Positions 35,301 to 44,668 of a stretch of DNA of 46,192 nt are shown here, piece after piece. Positions within the stretch are counted from its first letter, which is position 1; the number at the start of each line of letters is the position of its first letter. Location: positions 1-46,192 of the forward strand of contig JAFMRN010000001.1 in assembly GCA_017354065.1 (NCBI GenBank), read 5' to 3'. The DNA is from Solirubrobacterales bacterium. GTDB taxonomy: Bacteria; Actinomycetota; Thermoleophilia; Solirubrobacterales; Solirubrobacteraceae. A model generated the notes under the pieces. That model saw only the letters and a list, made by a program, of their open reading frames with translations, had not been told where the DNA came from and made no database searches. The position numbers were made by a program, and so were the translations under genes.

Positions 35301-36415
35301 CCGGCCTCAAGGTCGTGGAGATCGCAAGCCTCGGGCCGGGCCCGTTCGCGGTGATGATGCTCGCCGACATGGGCGCCGACGTGATCCGGCTGGAGCGCGC
35401 CGGCGGCGGCGCGGCGCTCGGTTCCGGCGCCTGGAACCTGACCAACCGGGGCCGCCCCTCGGGCGGCGTGAACCTGAAGCAGCCGGAAGCGGTCGAGCTG
35501 ACCCTGTCACTGGCCGAGCAGGCCGCGGTCCTGGTCGAGGGGTTCCGGCCCGGGGTGATGGAACGCCTGGGCCTCGGGCCTGAGGTCGCGCTGGACCGCA
35601 ACCCGAAGCTCGTGTACGGGCGGATGACCGGCTACGGGCAGGACGGGCCGATGTCCCAGCGCGCCGGGCATGACATCAACTACATCTCGATCGGCGGCGC
35701 GCTCGGCGGGATGGCCCGCGCCGGTGAGCGCCCGCTGTTCCCGATGAACCTGGTCGGCGACTACGGCGGCGGCGCGATGATGCTCGCCTTTGGCGTGCTG
35801 GCGGCGGTCTATGAGGCCCAGCGCTCGGGACAGGGACAGGTCGTAGACGCCTCAATGGTCGAGGGCACGGCGGTGCTCAGCACGCTGATCCACGGCATGA
35901 TCAACGCCGGCATCTGGAACGGCGAGGCGCCCGGCACCAACATCCTGGACTCCGGCGCGCCGTGGTACGAGGTGTATGAGACCGCGGACGGCAAGTTCAT
36001 TTCGGTGGGTGCGCTGGAGCCTCAGTTCCACGCGAGGCTGATGGAGTTGCTGGGTCTCGATCTGCCCCAGTACGACATGCCCAACTGGCCCGAGCACAAG
36101 CAGCGCTACGCCGAGGTCTTCAAGACCAAGACGCGCGATGAGTGGGCTGCTCTGCTGGAGGGCGAGGAGACCTGCGCCACCCCGGTGCTCGGCCTGTCCG
36201 AAGCTCACGAGCATCCCCACAACGTCGCCCGCCAGGTGTTCGTCGAGCACAACGGCACGCGTCAGCCGGCGCCCGCGCCGCGCTTCAGCCGGACCCAGCC
36301 GGAGCTCGGCCTGCCGCCACGCGAGGCCGGTGCCGACACGGACACCGCGCTGAGCGCCTGGGGCCTGGACCGGACGAAGCTGGACTCTCTGCGCGCTGCC
36401 GGCGCGATCAGCTGA
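35285..36415 (+). CDS. CaiB/BaiF family III CoA-transferase, alpha-methylacyl-CoA racemase-like
   Basis: GPGPF..MMLADMGADVIR, EGFRPGVMERLGLGP, AGHDINY, NLVGDYGGG, PAPAPRFSRT. TACGTT-N6-ATG start at 35285. Confidence 0.92.
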   Translation: MPGPLTGLKVVEIASLGPGPFAVMMLADMGADVIRLERAGGGAALGSGAWNLTNRGRPSGGVNLKQPEAVELTLSLAEQAAVLVEGFRPGVMERLGLGPEVALDRNPKLVYGRMTGYGQDGPMSQRAGHDINYISIGGALGGMARAGERPLFPMNLVGDYGGGAMMLAFGVLAAVYEAQRSGQGQVVDASMVEGTAVLSTLIHGMINAGIWNGEAPGTNILDSGAPWYEVYETADGKFISVGALEPQFHARLMELLGLDLPQYDMPNWPEHKQRYAEVFKTKTRDEWAALLEGEETCATPVLGLSEAHEHPHNVARQVFVEHNGTRQPAPAPRFSRTQPELGLPPREAGADTDTALSAWGLDRTKLDSLRAAGAIS

Positions 36416-36427
36416 GCGCCACATTTC

Positions 36428-36452
36428 GGCGCTGGCCTCAAAGGCCAGCGCC
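36428..36452. terminator. Perfect 11-bp hairpin after the racemase gene
   Basis: GGCGCTGGCCT-CAA-AGGCCAGCGCC. Confidence 0.6.
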
Positions 36453-36473
36453 AGAACAGAGTATGTTGGGCGG

Positions 36474-37613
36474 ATGCCGGTTGAAAGCGGTGCCCGCCCG
36501 CACGTGCCGGGACTACAACGCCGACTGCTGGAAGCCGCGAAGGCGCTGACCTTTCCGCTGCTGCCAGACGACTACCTGGCGCTGATCAACCCGATGTGGT
36601 CCTCACGCGAGTTGCAGGGGACGATCGTTGAGCTGCGCCCCGAGACCTCGCGCGCCACCACCGTCGTGATCCGCCCCAGCTTCCGCTGGCCCGGTCACCG
36701 CGCGGGCCAGTACGTGCGGATCGGCGTGGCCCACGGCGGCGTGCGCCACTGGCGCGCATACACGCTCACCTCCGACTACCCGCACCCCGACGGCCTGATC
36801 AGCATCTCGGTCCGGCGTGTGGACGGCGGCCGCGTCTCCAGCTTCCTCAACGACGAGGCCAGACCCGGAATGTCGGTGTCACTCGGTGAGGTGGAGGGGA
36901 CGTTCTGCCTGCCCGAGTCGCCCGAGACCCCGCTGTTGATGATCAGCGCCGGCAGCGGTGTCACGCCGATCTTCGCGATGCTGCGCGAACTGGCCCGCCG
37001 CGGCGCGCGGACCGACGTCGTGCACATCCACTGCGAGCACCGCGCCGAGGACATCATGTTCGGAGAGCTACTTGGCGCGCGGCTGTCCGGCTACCGGAGG
37101 ATCGACCGGATCAGCGGTACGGAGGGACGGCTGGCGCCCGCCGAGCTCGATGCGCTGTGCCCCGACTGGCGTGAACGCGCTTCGTTCCTGTCGGGCCCGC
37201 CGGAGATGCTCAAAGACTTCAGCGGCTTTTATGAAGCACAGAGCTGCCGGGATAGGCTCGCGCTTGAACACTTCCAGCCGTTCATCGGTGATGGCGGTGC
37301 CGGCGGGCTTGGCCAGGGCGGCCGGATCCACTTCCGTGGCCGTGACCTGAGTGCCGAGGCCGACGGCCACACCCCGATCCTGGATGCCGGCGAAGCAGCC
37401 GGCGCACCGCTCAGCTACGGCTGTCGCATGGGCATCTGCCACACGTGCAACTGCAAGCTCGTCAGCGGACGGGTCCGGGATCTGCGCACCGGGCAGGTTC
37501 ACGGCGAGCCGGGCCAGATGGTGCGGATCTGTATCTCGGCGCCGGAGGGCGACGTCGAGCTGGAGGAGGGCCACATCGTGATCGACGGAACCGGACCGAG
37601 GAGCAAAGCATGA
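36474..37613 (+). CDS. Ferredoxin reductase partner of acyl-CoA desaturase (Rv3230c-like)
   Basis: PLLPDDYL.LINP.W, GQYV, RAYTL, GGRVS, SAGSGVTP; C-terminal GCRMGICHTC...C [2Fe-2S]. Confidence 0.92.
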   Translation: MPVESGARPHVPGLQRRLLEAAKALTFPLLPDDYLALINPMWSSRELQGTIVELRPETSRATTVVIRPSFRWPGHRAGQYVRIGVAHGGVRHWRAYTLTSDYPHPDGLISISVRRVDGGRVSSFLNDEARPGMSVSLGEVEGTFCLPESPETPLLMISAGSGVTPIFAMLRELARRGARTDVVHIHCEHRAEDIMFGELLGARLSGYRRIDRISGTEGRLAPAELDALCPDWRERASFLSGPPEMLKDFSGFYEAQSCRDRLALEHFQPFIGDGGAGGLGQGGRIHFRGRDLSAEADGHTPILDAGEAAGAPLSYGCRMGICHTCNCKLVSGRVRDLRTGQVHGEPGQMVRICISAPEGDVELEEGHIVIDGTGPRSKA

Positions 37614-38950
37614 GCACCATCGTCTATGACGGAACCCTTCCCGACGGACACCCGCTGCACCGGCTGACGCCCGAGCAGCTGGACGCGTTGGGCCGCGAGT
37701 TCCAGGCCGTGCACGACGACGTCTACGCCGACCTCAACGACGCCGACGCGCAGTACATACGCCGGATGATCCGGATCCAGCGTTCGCTCGCGGCCGGCTC
37801 GCGTGCCGTGCTGGTCGCGTCGCGCTTCTGGCCCGCGTGGGTGCTCGGTACCGCCGGGCTGGGGGTGGCCAAGATCCTGGAGAACATGGAGATCGGGCAC
37901 AACGTGATGCACGGCCAGTGGGACTGGATGAACGATCCCTACATCCACTCCTCCACCTGGGACTGGGACACCGCATCACCGGCCTCTGCCTGGAAGCACT
38001 CGCACAATTACCTGCACCACACCTACACCAACATCGTCGGCAAGGACAAGGACGTCGGCTATGAGATCTTGCGGGTCGACGACAAGCAGCCGTGGGAGCC
38101 GCGCTTCCTCGCTCAGCCGATCTACAACGCGCTGCTGGCGCTGCTGTTCGAGTGGGGCGTGGCGGTCCACGATCTTGACATCGAGGCCGTTAGCGAGGGC
38201 ACGAAAGACCCCGAGGAACTGCGTCAGCAGGGCCGGGAGATCGTCCAGAAGGTACTCGGGCAGGTGCTCAAGGACTACTTCGCCTGGCCGGCGATCTCCG
38301 GCGTGATCATGACGCTCGTGGAGGTCGGCGTGATCGGGCTGTTCGACCCCGCCTCCCAGGAGGTCCTGCCCGGCGAGAGCCGGCCGCGCAGGCGCGTGCT
38401 GGGACGTCGCGGCCGGGGGCTGCGCAGCGGCAACGTGGTCGCGCGCCTGGGACGGCGGCGCTCCTTCCGCGAGCCGTTCCGCTCGACTATGACCGCGAAC
38501 ATAGTCGCCAACCTGATCCGCAACGTGTGGGCCTACGCGATCATCTTCTGCGGGCATTTCCCGGAGCAGGCGTGGACCTTCACCGAGGAGGAGGTCGCCG
38601 ATGAGACCCAAGGGGGCTGGTACCTGCGCCAGCTGATCGGCTCGGTCAACATCGAGGGCGGCCCGCTGTTCCACATCATGAGCGGCAACCTGTCCTTCCA
38701 GGTCGAGCACCACCTGTACCCGGACATGCCGAGCTCCCGCTACCAGCAGATCGCTCCGCGCGTGCGGGCGATCTGCGAGCGCTACGAGCTCCCCTACAAC
38801 ACCGGCCCGTTCCTCAAGCAGGTGTGGTCGGTGCAGAAGAAGATCCTGCGGCTCGCCTTCCCGGGCCGTGTTGACTGGCCCAAGCCGGGGCCCTGGCGGG
38901 AACCGGCTGTGGCTGAAGAGCCGGACGCGGCGCTGCCGGCGTTCCCGTAG
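37610..38950 (+). CDS. Membrane acyl-CoA desaturase (DesA3-like)
   Basis: ENMEIGHNVMHGQWDW, WKHSHNYLHH, FCGHFP, QVEHHLYPD. ATG 37610 with GAGGAG RBS, overlapping the upstream stop. Confidence 0.92.
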   Translation: MSTIVYDGTLPDGHPLHRLTPEQLDALGREFQAVHDDVYADLNDADAQYIRRMIRIQRSLAAGSRAVLVASRFWPAWVLGTAGLGVAKILENMEIGHNVMHGQWDWMNDPYIHSSTWDWDTASPASAWKHSHNYLHHTYTNIVGKDKDVGYEILRVDDKQPWEPRFLAQPIYNALLALLFEWGVAVHDLDIEAVSEGTKDPEELRQQGREIVQKVLGQVLKDYFAWPAISGVIMTLVEVGVIGLFDPASQEVLPGESRPRRRVLGRRGRGLRSGNVVARLGRRRSFREPFRSTMTANIVANLIRNVWAYAIIFCGHFPEQAWTFTEEEVADETQGGWYLRQLIGSVNIEGGPLFHIMSGNLSFQVEHHLYPDMPSSRYQQIAPRVRAICERYELPYNTGPFLKQVWSVQKKILRLAFPGRVDWPKPGPWREPAVAEEPDAALPAFP

Positions 38951-38964
38951 GTCGGCAGTCGTGT

Positions 38965-39081
38965 GCCCTGAAACTTCCCAAGGGTGCGCGGATCTGGAGG
39001 GGGTTGTGCAGTTACCGTTGCTGAGCCGGGGTAGCCGCGCGACCCCCGTCTCGCGCGGCGGGCGTCGGGAAGTTTCAGGGC
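38965..39081. repeat. 117-bp dispersed element with perfect 15-bp terminal inverted repeats, copy 2
   Basis: GCCCTGAAACTTCCC ... GGGAAGTTTCAGGGC; inverted relative to copy 1. Confidence 0.87.
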
Positions 39082-39178
39082 TCGACCCCCTTCTTTAGGA
39101 CCGACTTCCAAGCGGCCGGCGCCGGGCTTTTGTGGGCAGGTTACGGTTGCCTGGAGAGGGTTTATCTGGAGGAGGGTT

Positions 39179-41065
39179 TTGGTGAGCTACGAGCAGGTGT
39201 TCTCTGCAAGCATCGGTGACCCGGAGGCCTACTGGGCGGGTAACGCCGAGGCGATTGACTGGATCAGGAAGCCGGCACGGGTCCTCGATAACAGCCGGCC
39301 GCCGTTTGCCCGCTGGTTCCCCGACGGGGTGCTGAACACGGCCGCCAACGCACTTGATCGACACGTCGATGCAGGTCGTGGTGAGCAGGCGGCGCTGATC
39401 TACGACAGCCCGGTTACCGACACCAAGAAGACGATCAGCTACCGCGAGCTGCGCGACCAGGTGGCGCGCTTTGCCGGGGCGCTGGCCCGGCTCGGTGTCG
39501 TCAAGGGCGACCGGGTCGTGATCTACATGCCGATGGTCCCGGAGGCCGCGGTCGCGATGCTCGCCTGCGCGCGGCTGGGCGCGATCCACTCGACCGTGTT
39601 CGGCGGCTTCGCCTCACCCGAGCTTGCGGTCCGGATCGATGCCGCCGCGCCAAAGGTCGTCGTGTCGGCCTCCTGCGGGGTCGAGGGCAGCCGCGTGCTC
39701 CCCTACAAGCCCCTGCTCGACCGTGCGATCGAGCTCTCCTCCTACAAGCCCGAGCACTGCGTGATCCTGCAACGGCCCCAGGCCGAAGCCGAACTGCAGG
39801 CCGGGCGCGACCACACCTGGGCGGACTCCGTGGCCTATGCGGAACCGGTCCCTCCGGCCGAGGTGGCCGCGACGGACCCCCTGTACATCCTCTACACGTC
39901 CGGCACGACCTCGACGCCGAAGGGTGTCGTGCGTGACAACGGCGGACATGCCGTGGCGCTGTGCTGGAGCATGGAGGCGATCTTCGACACCCAGCCCGGT
40001 GACGTGTTCTGGGCCGCGTCCGACGTCGGCTGGGTGGTCGGACACTCCTACATCGTCTACGGGCCGCTGCTGGCAGGCGCGACCACGGTGCTGTATGAGG
40101 GCAAGCCGGTGGGCACACCGGACCCGGGTGCCTTCTGGCGAGTGATCTCCGAGCACAAGGTCAACAACCTGTTCACGGCGCCGACGGCGCTGCGCGCGAT
40201 CAAGAAGGAGGACCCTGAGGGCACGCACACCCGTCGCTACGACCTCTCGAGCCTGCGCCACCTGTTCCTGGCCGGCGAGCGCCTGGATCCGGACACCTAT
40301 CAGTGGGCTTCGGACCTGCTGGGCGTGCCGGTGATCGACAACTGGTGGCAGACCGAGACAGGCTGGCCGGTTGCGGCCAACTGTCTTGGCCTGGGCGCTC
40401 AGCCGCTGAAGGCCGGATCGCCGACCAAACCGGTCCCGGGTTATGACGTGCGGATCCTGAAGGAGGACGGGACCGACGCGGCGCCCGGCGAGGAGGGCGC
40501 GATTGCGATCCGCGAGCCGCTGCCGCCCGGCACTCTGCAGACGCTGTGGCAGGACGACGAGCGCTGTAAGCGCTCCTACTTCACAACCTACCCCGGCTAT
40601 TACCTGACCGGTGACGGCGGCCGGTTCGACCAGGACGGGTACCTGTTCGTGCTGGGGCGCATGGACGATGTGATCAACGTCGCCGGGCACCGGCTCTCCA
40701 CCGGAACGCTGGAGGAGTCCCTGGCCCGGGATCCGGAGGTCGCCGAGGCCGCGGTGATCGGCGTGGCCGACGAGCTGAAGGGCCAGGTGCCGGTCGGCTT
40801 CGTGGTGCTGAAAGCCGGCGAGCACGGCGATCCTGAGGCGCTGCGTAAAGCGCTGGTGGCGCGTGTCCGCGCGGACGTCGGTGCCGTCGCCGCGTTGAAG
40901 CAGATCGAGATAGTGCCGCGGCTGCCGAAGACACGCTCGGGCAAGATCCTGCGTGCGACCATGCGCGCGATCGCCGAGGGACGGGAGTACAAGGTGCCCT
41001 CGACGATCGACGACCCGGCCGTACTGGATGAGATAGCGGCTCTGTTCAGCGCCTCAGCCGCGTGA
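39179..41065 (+). CDS. prpE: Propionyl-CoA synthetase
   Basis: YILYTSGTT..PKGVVRDNGGH, WAASDVGWVVGHSYIVYGPL, DNWWQTETG, LPKTRSGK. GGAGGA RBS; start TTG 39179 or GTG 39182. Confidence 0.88.
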   Translation: MVSYEQVFSASIGDPEAYWAGNAEAIDWIRKPARVLDNSRPPFARWFPDGVLNTAANALDRHVDAGRGEQAALIYDSPVTDTKKTISYRELRDQVARFAGALARLGVVKGDRVVIYMPMVPEAAVAMLACARLGAIHSTVFGGFASPELAVRIDAAAPKVVVSASCGVEGSRVLPYKPLLDRAIELSSYKPEHCVILQRPQAEAELQAGRDHTWADSVAYAEPVPPAEVAATDPLYILYTSGTTSTPKGVVRDNGGHAVALCWSMEAIFDTQPGDVFWAASDVGWVVGHSYIVYGPLLAGATTVLYEGKPVGTPDPGAFWRVISEHKVNNLFTAPTALRAIKKEDPEGTHTRRYDLSSLRHLFLAGERLDPDTYQWASDLLGVPVIDNWWQTETGWPVAANCLGLGAQPLKAGSPTKPVPGYDVRILKEDGTDAAPGEEGAIAIREPLPPGTLQTLWQDDERCKRSYFTTYPGYYLTGDGGRFDQDGYLFVLGRMDDVINVAGHRLSTGTLEESLARDPEVAEAAVIGVADELKGQVPVGFVVLKAGEHGDPEALRKALVARVRADVGAVAALKQIEIVPRLPKTRSGKILRATMRAIAEGREYKVPSTIDDPAVLDEIAALFSASAA

Positions 41066-41105
41066 ACGGAGGAGTGGTAGGTTCTCGGAGAGTGAGAGGA
41101 GCGCG

Positions 41106-42221
41106 ATGGGACGGCTTGCATCTGTCGCGATCGGAGATACCCCGGACGAAATCATCAGCGCTGCGGTCCAGGCCAGCCGGGAGCACCTGGGCATCGATGC
41201 TGCCTTCGCCGCGGTAGACACCAGCGCTGACGGCTATGCGATGTCGGCGCTGGCCGGCGTCAACAACGAGCGGATCTTCCGCCAGCTCGTGGTCCAGTCC
41301 GGCCGCGGACTGGGCGGGCGGGTGCTGGTCGAAGGTCACCCCATGTGGCTGCCGAGCTACCCGGCCGCCGACAACATCTCCGACCACTACAAGCCGATCC
41401 TGGCGGCCGACCGGCTCCAGGCGGTGGCCTGCGTGCCCGTGGTCGGCCCGGACGGATACGTGTGCCTGCTGTATGCCGCCTCCCGCGCCGAGGAGAACTT
41501 CGGTGACAGGTTCCTGGCCGAGCTGGAGCGGATCGGTGACTACACCTCAGTCGGACTGCACAGTCTGGCCTCACGCAAGCAGGAGCTGGAGCTGGAGCGT
41601 CTGCGCGACCGCGAGCGGATCGCCACGCGCGTGCACGACTCGGTGGCGCAGCTGCTGTTCGGAATCGGCGTGCTCGCGCGCCAGTCCCGGGAGGAGGTCA
41701 ACCCAGACGTTCTGACCGAACGGATGGCGGAGATTGAGGCGACCTCCGCCGACGCGCGGCGCGAGCTGCGCGAAGCGCTCAGCTCGCTCAGCCAGTTTCC
41801 GGAGGAGGTCTCGTTCCTGGCGGTGTTCGACGCCGAGGTTCGCGTCTGGCAGCGCAGCACCGGGCGGCAGGCCTACATCACCCGCTCCGGTGAGCCCTGT
41901 GTTATGGCACCCGCGGTGGAGGAGCTGTTGATCGACACGCTGCGCGAGGGGTTGCGCAACGCCGACAAGCACACCCGCGCGGGGCTGGCGGTCGTCCATC
42001 TGGGCTTTGAACAGGACCGCGTAGTGCTGGCGATCCAGACGGAGCGTCCCAACGCATACGCGGGTGAGACCGCCGATCGCGCGGCGGTGCTCGTCCCGGG
42101 GTCGGGCCTCTGGGCGTTACGTGAGCGGGTCCGGCGCCTGCGCGGCGAGCTGGAGCTGGCGATCCGTGAGGAGCTTGCCGCGTTGCGGGTTGAGCTCCCG
42201 GCCGCAGCTGCCGGCGCCTGA
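41106..42221 (+). CDS. Soluble GAF-domain sensor histidine kinase (HisKA_3, NarX/DosS class)
   Basis: GAF (GRGLGGRVL...VACVPV), H-box DRERIATRVHDSVAQ, N-box REGLRNADKH, GSGL..LRERV. No TM segment. Confidence 0.87.
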   Translation: MGRLASVAIGDTPDEIISAAVQASREHLGIDAAFAAVDTSADGYAMSALAGVNNERIFRQLVVQSGRGLGGRVLVEGHPMWLPSYPAADNISDHYKPILAADRLQAVACVPVVGPDGYVCLLYAASRAEENFGDRFLAELERIGDYTSVGLHSLASRKQELELERLRDRERIATRVHDSVAQLLFGIGVLARQSREEVNPDVLTERMAEIEATSADARRELREALSSLSQFPEEVSFLAVFDAEVRVWQRSTGRQAYITRSGEPCVMAPAVEELLIDTLREGLRNADKHTRAGLAVVHLGFEQDRVVLAIQTERPNAYAGETADRAAVLVPGSGLWALRERVRRLRGELELAIREELAALRVELPAAAAGA

Positions 42222-42859
42222 TGCGGGCCCTGGTCGTAGACGACCATCCGGTCGCCCGCAGCGGCGTACGCGCACTTCTGCAGCTCGGCTTCAGGCCCGA
42301 GCCGGTGGACGTCGTGGAGATCGAGCGCGGCGACCAGGCGGTGCAGAGCGCCCGCGCGCACCGGCCCGACGTGATCACGCTCGACCTTGACCTGCCGGGC
42401 GAGCCGAACTCAAACACGCTGTGTGGGCTGCTGCATGCGGCCGTGCCCTCGGCGCGGATCCTGATCGTGACCGCGTTTGACCGTCCGACGGAGATCAAGC
42501 GCTGCCTGGCGGCCGGCGCCAACGGCTGCCTGCTGAAGGACACGCGTGAGTCCGACCTGGTTGACGGCGTCCGCGCCGTGTTGCGCGGGGAGACGGTGAT
42601 GGATCCGCGGATAGCCCAGGAGCTGGCGACTGACATGGTCGGGATCCTCCAGCACGGTGAGGAGCCTGTGCACCTGACGCCGCGTGAGCGCGAGGTGTTG
42701 GCTTTGCTGGCGGAGGGGTGCTCCAACAAGGCGATAGCGGACCGGCTGTACCTGTCCGAGCCGACGATCAAGGGACACGTCCGCAGCCTGCTGGAGAAGC
42801 TCGGCGCCGAGTCCCGGCTCCAAGCCGTGGTCGGCGCGATCAAACGCGGACTGCTATGA
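42221..42859 (+). CDS. NarL/LuxR family response regulator
   Basis: VVDDH, PDVITLD, LLK; HTH LTPREREVL.LLAEGCSNKAIA..L.LSE.TIKGHV. TGATG-coupled to the kinase. Confidence 0.94.
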   Translation: MRALVVDDHPVARSGVRALLQLGFRPEPVDVVEIERGDQAVQSARAHRPDVITLDLDLPGEPNSNTLCGLLHAAVPSARILIVTAFDRPTEIKRCLAAGANGCLLKDTRESDLVDGVRAVLRGETVMDPRIAQELATDMVGILQHGEEPVHLTPREREVLALLAEGCSNKAIADRLYLSEPTIKGHVRSLLEKLGAESRLQAVVGAIKRGLL

Positions 42860-44668
42860 GCTGAGCAGCGCGCTCAGCTCCGCGAGCGCGTCCGGCAGCG
42901 CCGCCGCAAAGGCCTCCAGGCCGGCTGCCGCGGATTTGGGGGTCGCGAGATACAGGTCAAAGCGGTTGCGCCGCAGCGAGTAGCCGACGCCGAGGCAGTC
43001 ACCGCCAGTCGCGCCGAAGCCGAACACCTGGATCAGGTCGGAGGGCAGGGAGCTGGTGGACATCGCATCGGCGCGCATCACGCGCCAGCCCGGCGAGTCA
43101 TACAGGGCCGGCGTCGGTTCGCCGTGGCGCTGGATGCGCAGGCCCAGCTCCCAGAGGTGCTGTTCGGGGGCGTCACCTGACTGGCACTGCTTGACCCGCG
43201 CGATGTGCGCCGCCGCGGCGGCGTCAAACGCGGCGCGGCGCGCCTCTCTGGGGCTCGCCGGGTCACCCATCAGCTCGACGAAGTGGGCCAGCTCCGGGGT
43301 GATGACGCGCATCGCCTCGGTGCGCCCGTGCTTGTAACCGCGCGTCGCGATCGACTCATAGGTGGCGCCGATCCGGCCCTTCGCGCGCACATGCGCCAGC
43401 TGGAAGGCGATCTGGACGAACGCATCCGGTGAGACACCCAGGGCTTTGCTGTTCTCGCTGGTGAAGTCCTTGACGCGCAGCAGCCGGGTCGCGGTGTCGG
43501 CGCTGTAGGCGGCGAACTCCTCCGCCGCGCGAGTGACGGTCGCCGTCAGCGCACGGTCCATCGTGAACTCGACCTGGGTCAAACGCGGGACCGCCTGACC
43601 GCTGGCGATCGCGCGGGGATCGGAGGTTTCATCTGACGGCGGGTCCCAGGCGAGCATCGCCTCGGCGGCCGCCAGCAGCGAGGTGCCATCCAGCAGCGAA
43701 TGCTCCCCGTTGAGACCTGCCGTCCCGTCGGCGAACACGATCAGGGACAGCGCCTTGTCAAAGAAGCGGTTCGTGCTGTCGCCGGCCAGCAGGTCATGGC
43801 AGGCGGCGTCCGGGTCAGCGGGCGTGTGGTCATCGAGCGACAGGCAGAACAGCGCCCGCTCAACCATGTCCAGCTGGTGCTTGTTGTGCTCATCACAGGC
43901 CAGCAGCGCGCTGCGGGCGTTGGCCCAGTCGGCCCTGGCCATGGTGGTCAGCGGGCCGATCGATGTGCCGGCCGGCGCGTGCTCGGCGCCGGCCGTGATG
44001 ATGCTCTGGAGCTCCGCGGTCAGCGCCCGCATCGGAAACGGGTTCCCCTGCTGGTCGAGTACATCCATGGCGAACAGGTGCCCGCGGCGGAACACGACGA
44101 TGTGGTGCGCGTCTGAGGGATCGCGCCAGTCTGCGCTGTAGGGAGTACGCACCGTGTCCTGCTCTAGACCCGGGATCCGGGTGGTCGAGAAGACGTGCTT
44201 GAGTTGCACCATCGACTGTGGGCGCCCGCCGCGGACGGTTGGTGGGACGCTGCCTGCCTCGATCGCCCGTTTGAACTCCACGGCCGAACGGATCAGCTCG
44301 GCCGCGCGGGTGATCTGATCAGAGGTGCCGTCCCGAAACAGGAAGAAGAAGTTCGCGTTGAGCGCGATCCGGTCCCGGCGCCCCAGATAGCGGCTTCTCC
44401 AGAAGTCATCCAGCCAGCTGGCGCCGCGCTGCTCGGCTTCCTCGCGCTCGAGTTCCGCCTGGGCGCGGCGAGCAGGTCCATCCGCTGCCTGGAACTCGGC
44501 TGCCGCCCGGCGGGTGTCAGCGCGTTGCTCCGCGTCCAGCAGCGGGTCTGACCATTCCAGGAACCGCTCAACGGATCGCTCCAGCGTCGGCAGCGGGACC
44601 CGCGGAAGCGAGTCCTCATTTCCGAACGTCCGCGGCGAGATGTCGCTCGTGGGCATCTGAGCGGTCAA
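42854..44668 (-). CDS. Choline/carnitine O-acyltransferase
   Basis: SLPRVPLPTLE, WLDDFW..YL, TRIPG, NRFFDK, GLNGEHSLLDG (catalytic His), SPDAFVQIAFQLA, TYES, GRTE, STS. Confidence 0.92.
   Translation of the reverse strand: MTAQMPTSDISPRTFGNEDSLPRVPLPTLERSVERFLEWSDPLLDAEQRADTRRAAAEFQAADGPARRAQAELEREEAEQRGASWLDDFWRSRYLGRRDRIALNANFFFLFRDGTSDQITRAAELIRSAVEFKRAIEAGSVPPTVRGGRPQSMVQLKHVFSTTRIPGLEQDTVRTPYSADWRDPSDAHHIVVFRRGHLFAMDVLDQQGNPFPMRALTAELQSIITAGAEHAPAGTSIGPLTTMARADWANARSALLACDEHNKHQLDMVERALFCLSLDDHTPADPDAACHDLLAGDSTNRFFDKALSLIVFADGTAGLNGEHSLLDGTSLLAAAEAMLAWDPPSDETSDPRAIASGQAVPRLTQVEFTMDRALTATVTRAAEEFAAYSADTATRLLRVKDFTSENSKALGVSPDAFVQIAFQLAHVRAKGRIGATYESIATRGYKHGRTEAMRVITPELAHFVELMGDPASPREARRAAFDAAAAAHIARVKQCQSGDAPEQHLWELGLRIQRHGEPTPALYDSPGWRVMRADAMSTSSLPSDLIQVFGFGATGGDCLGVGYSLRRNRFDLYLATPKSAAAGLEAFAAALPDALAELSALLSS

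Noticed and set aside
39614-40825. Long antisense ORFs (403 aa here; also 26899-27843, 28852-29817, 30921-31862, 13564-14475, 41902-42843)
   Set aside because: They mirror well-supported genes and are expected from stop-codon scarcity in high-GC DNA.
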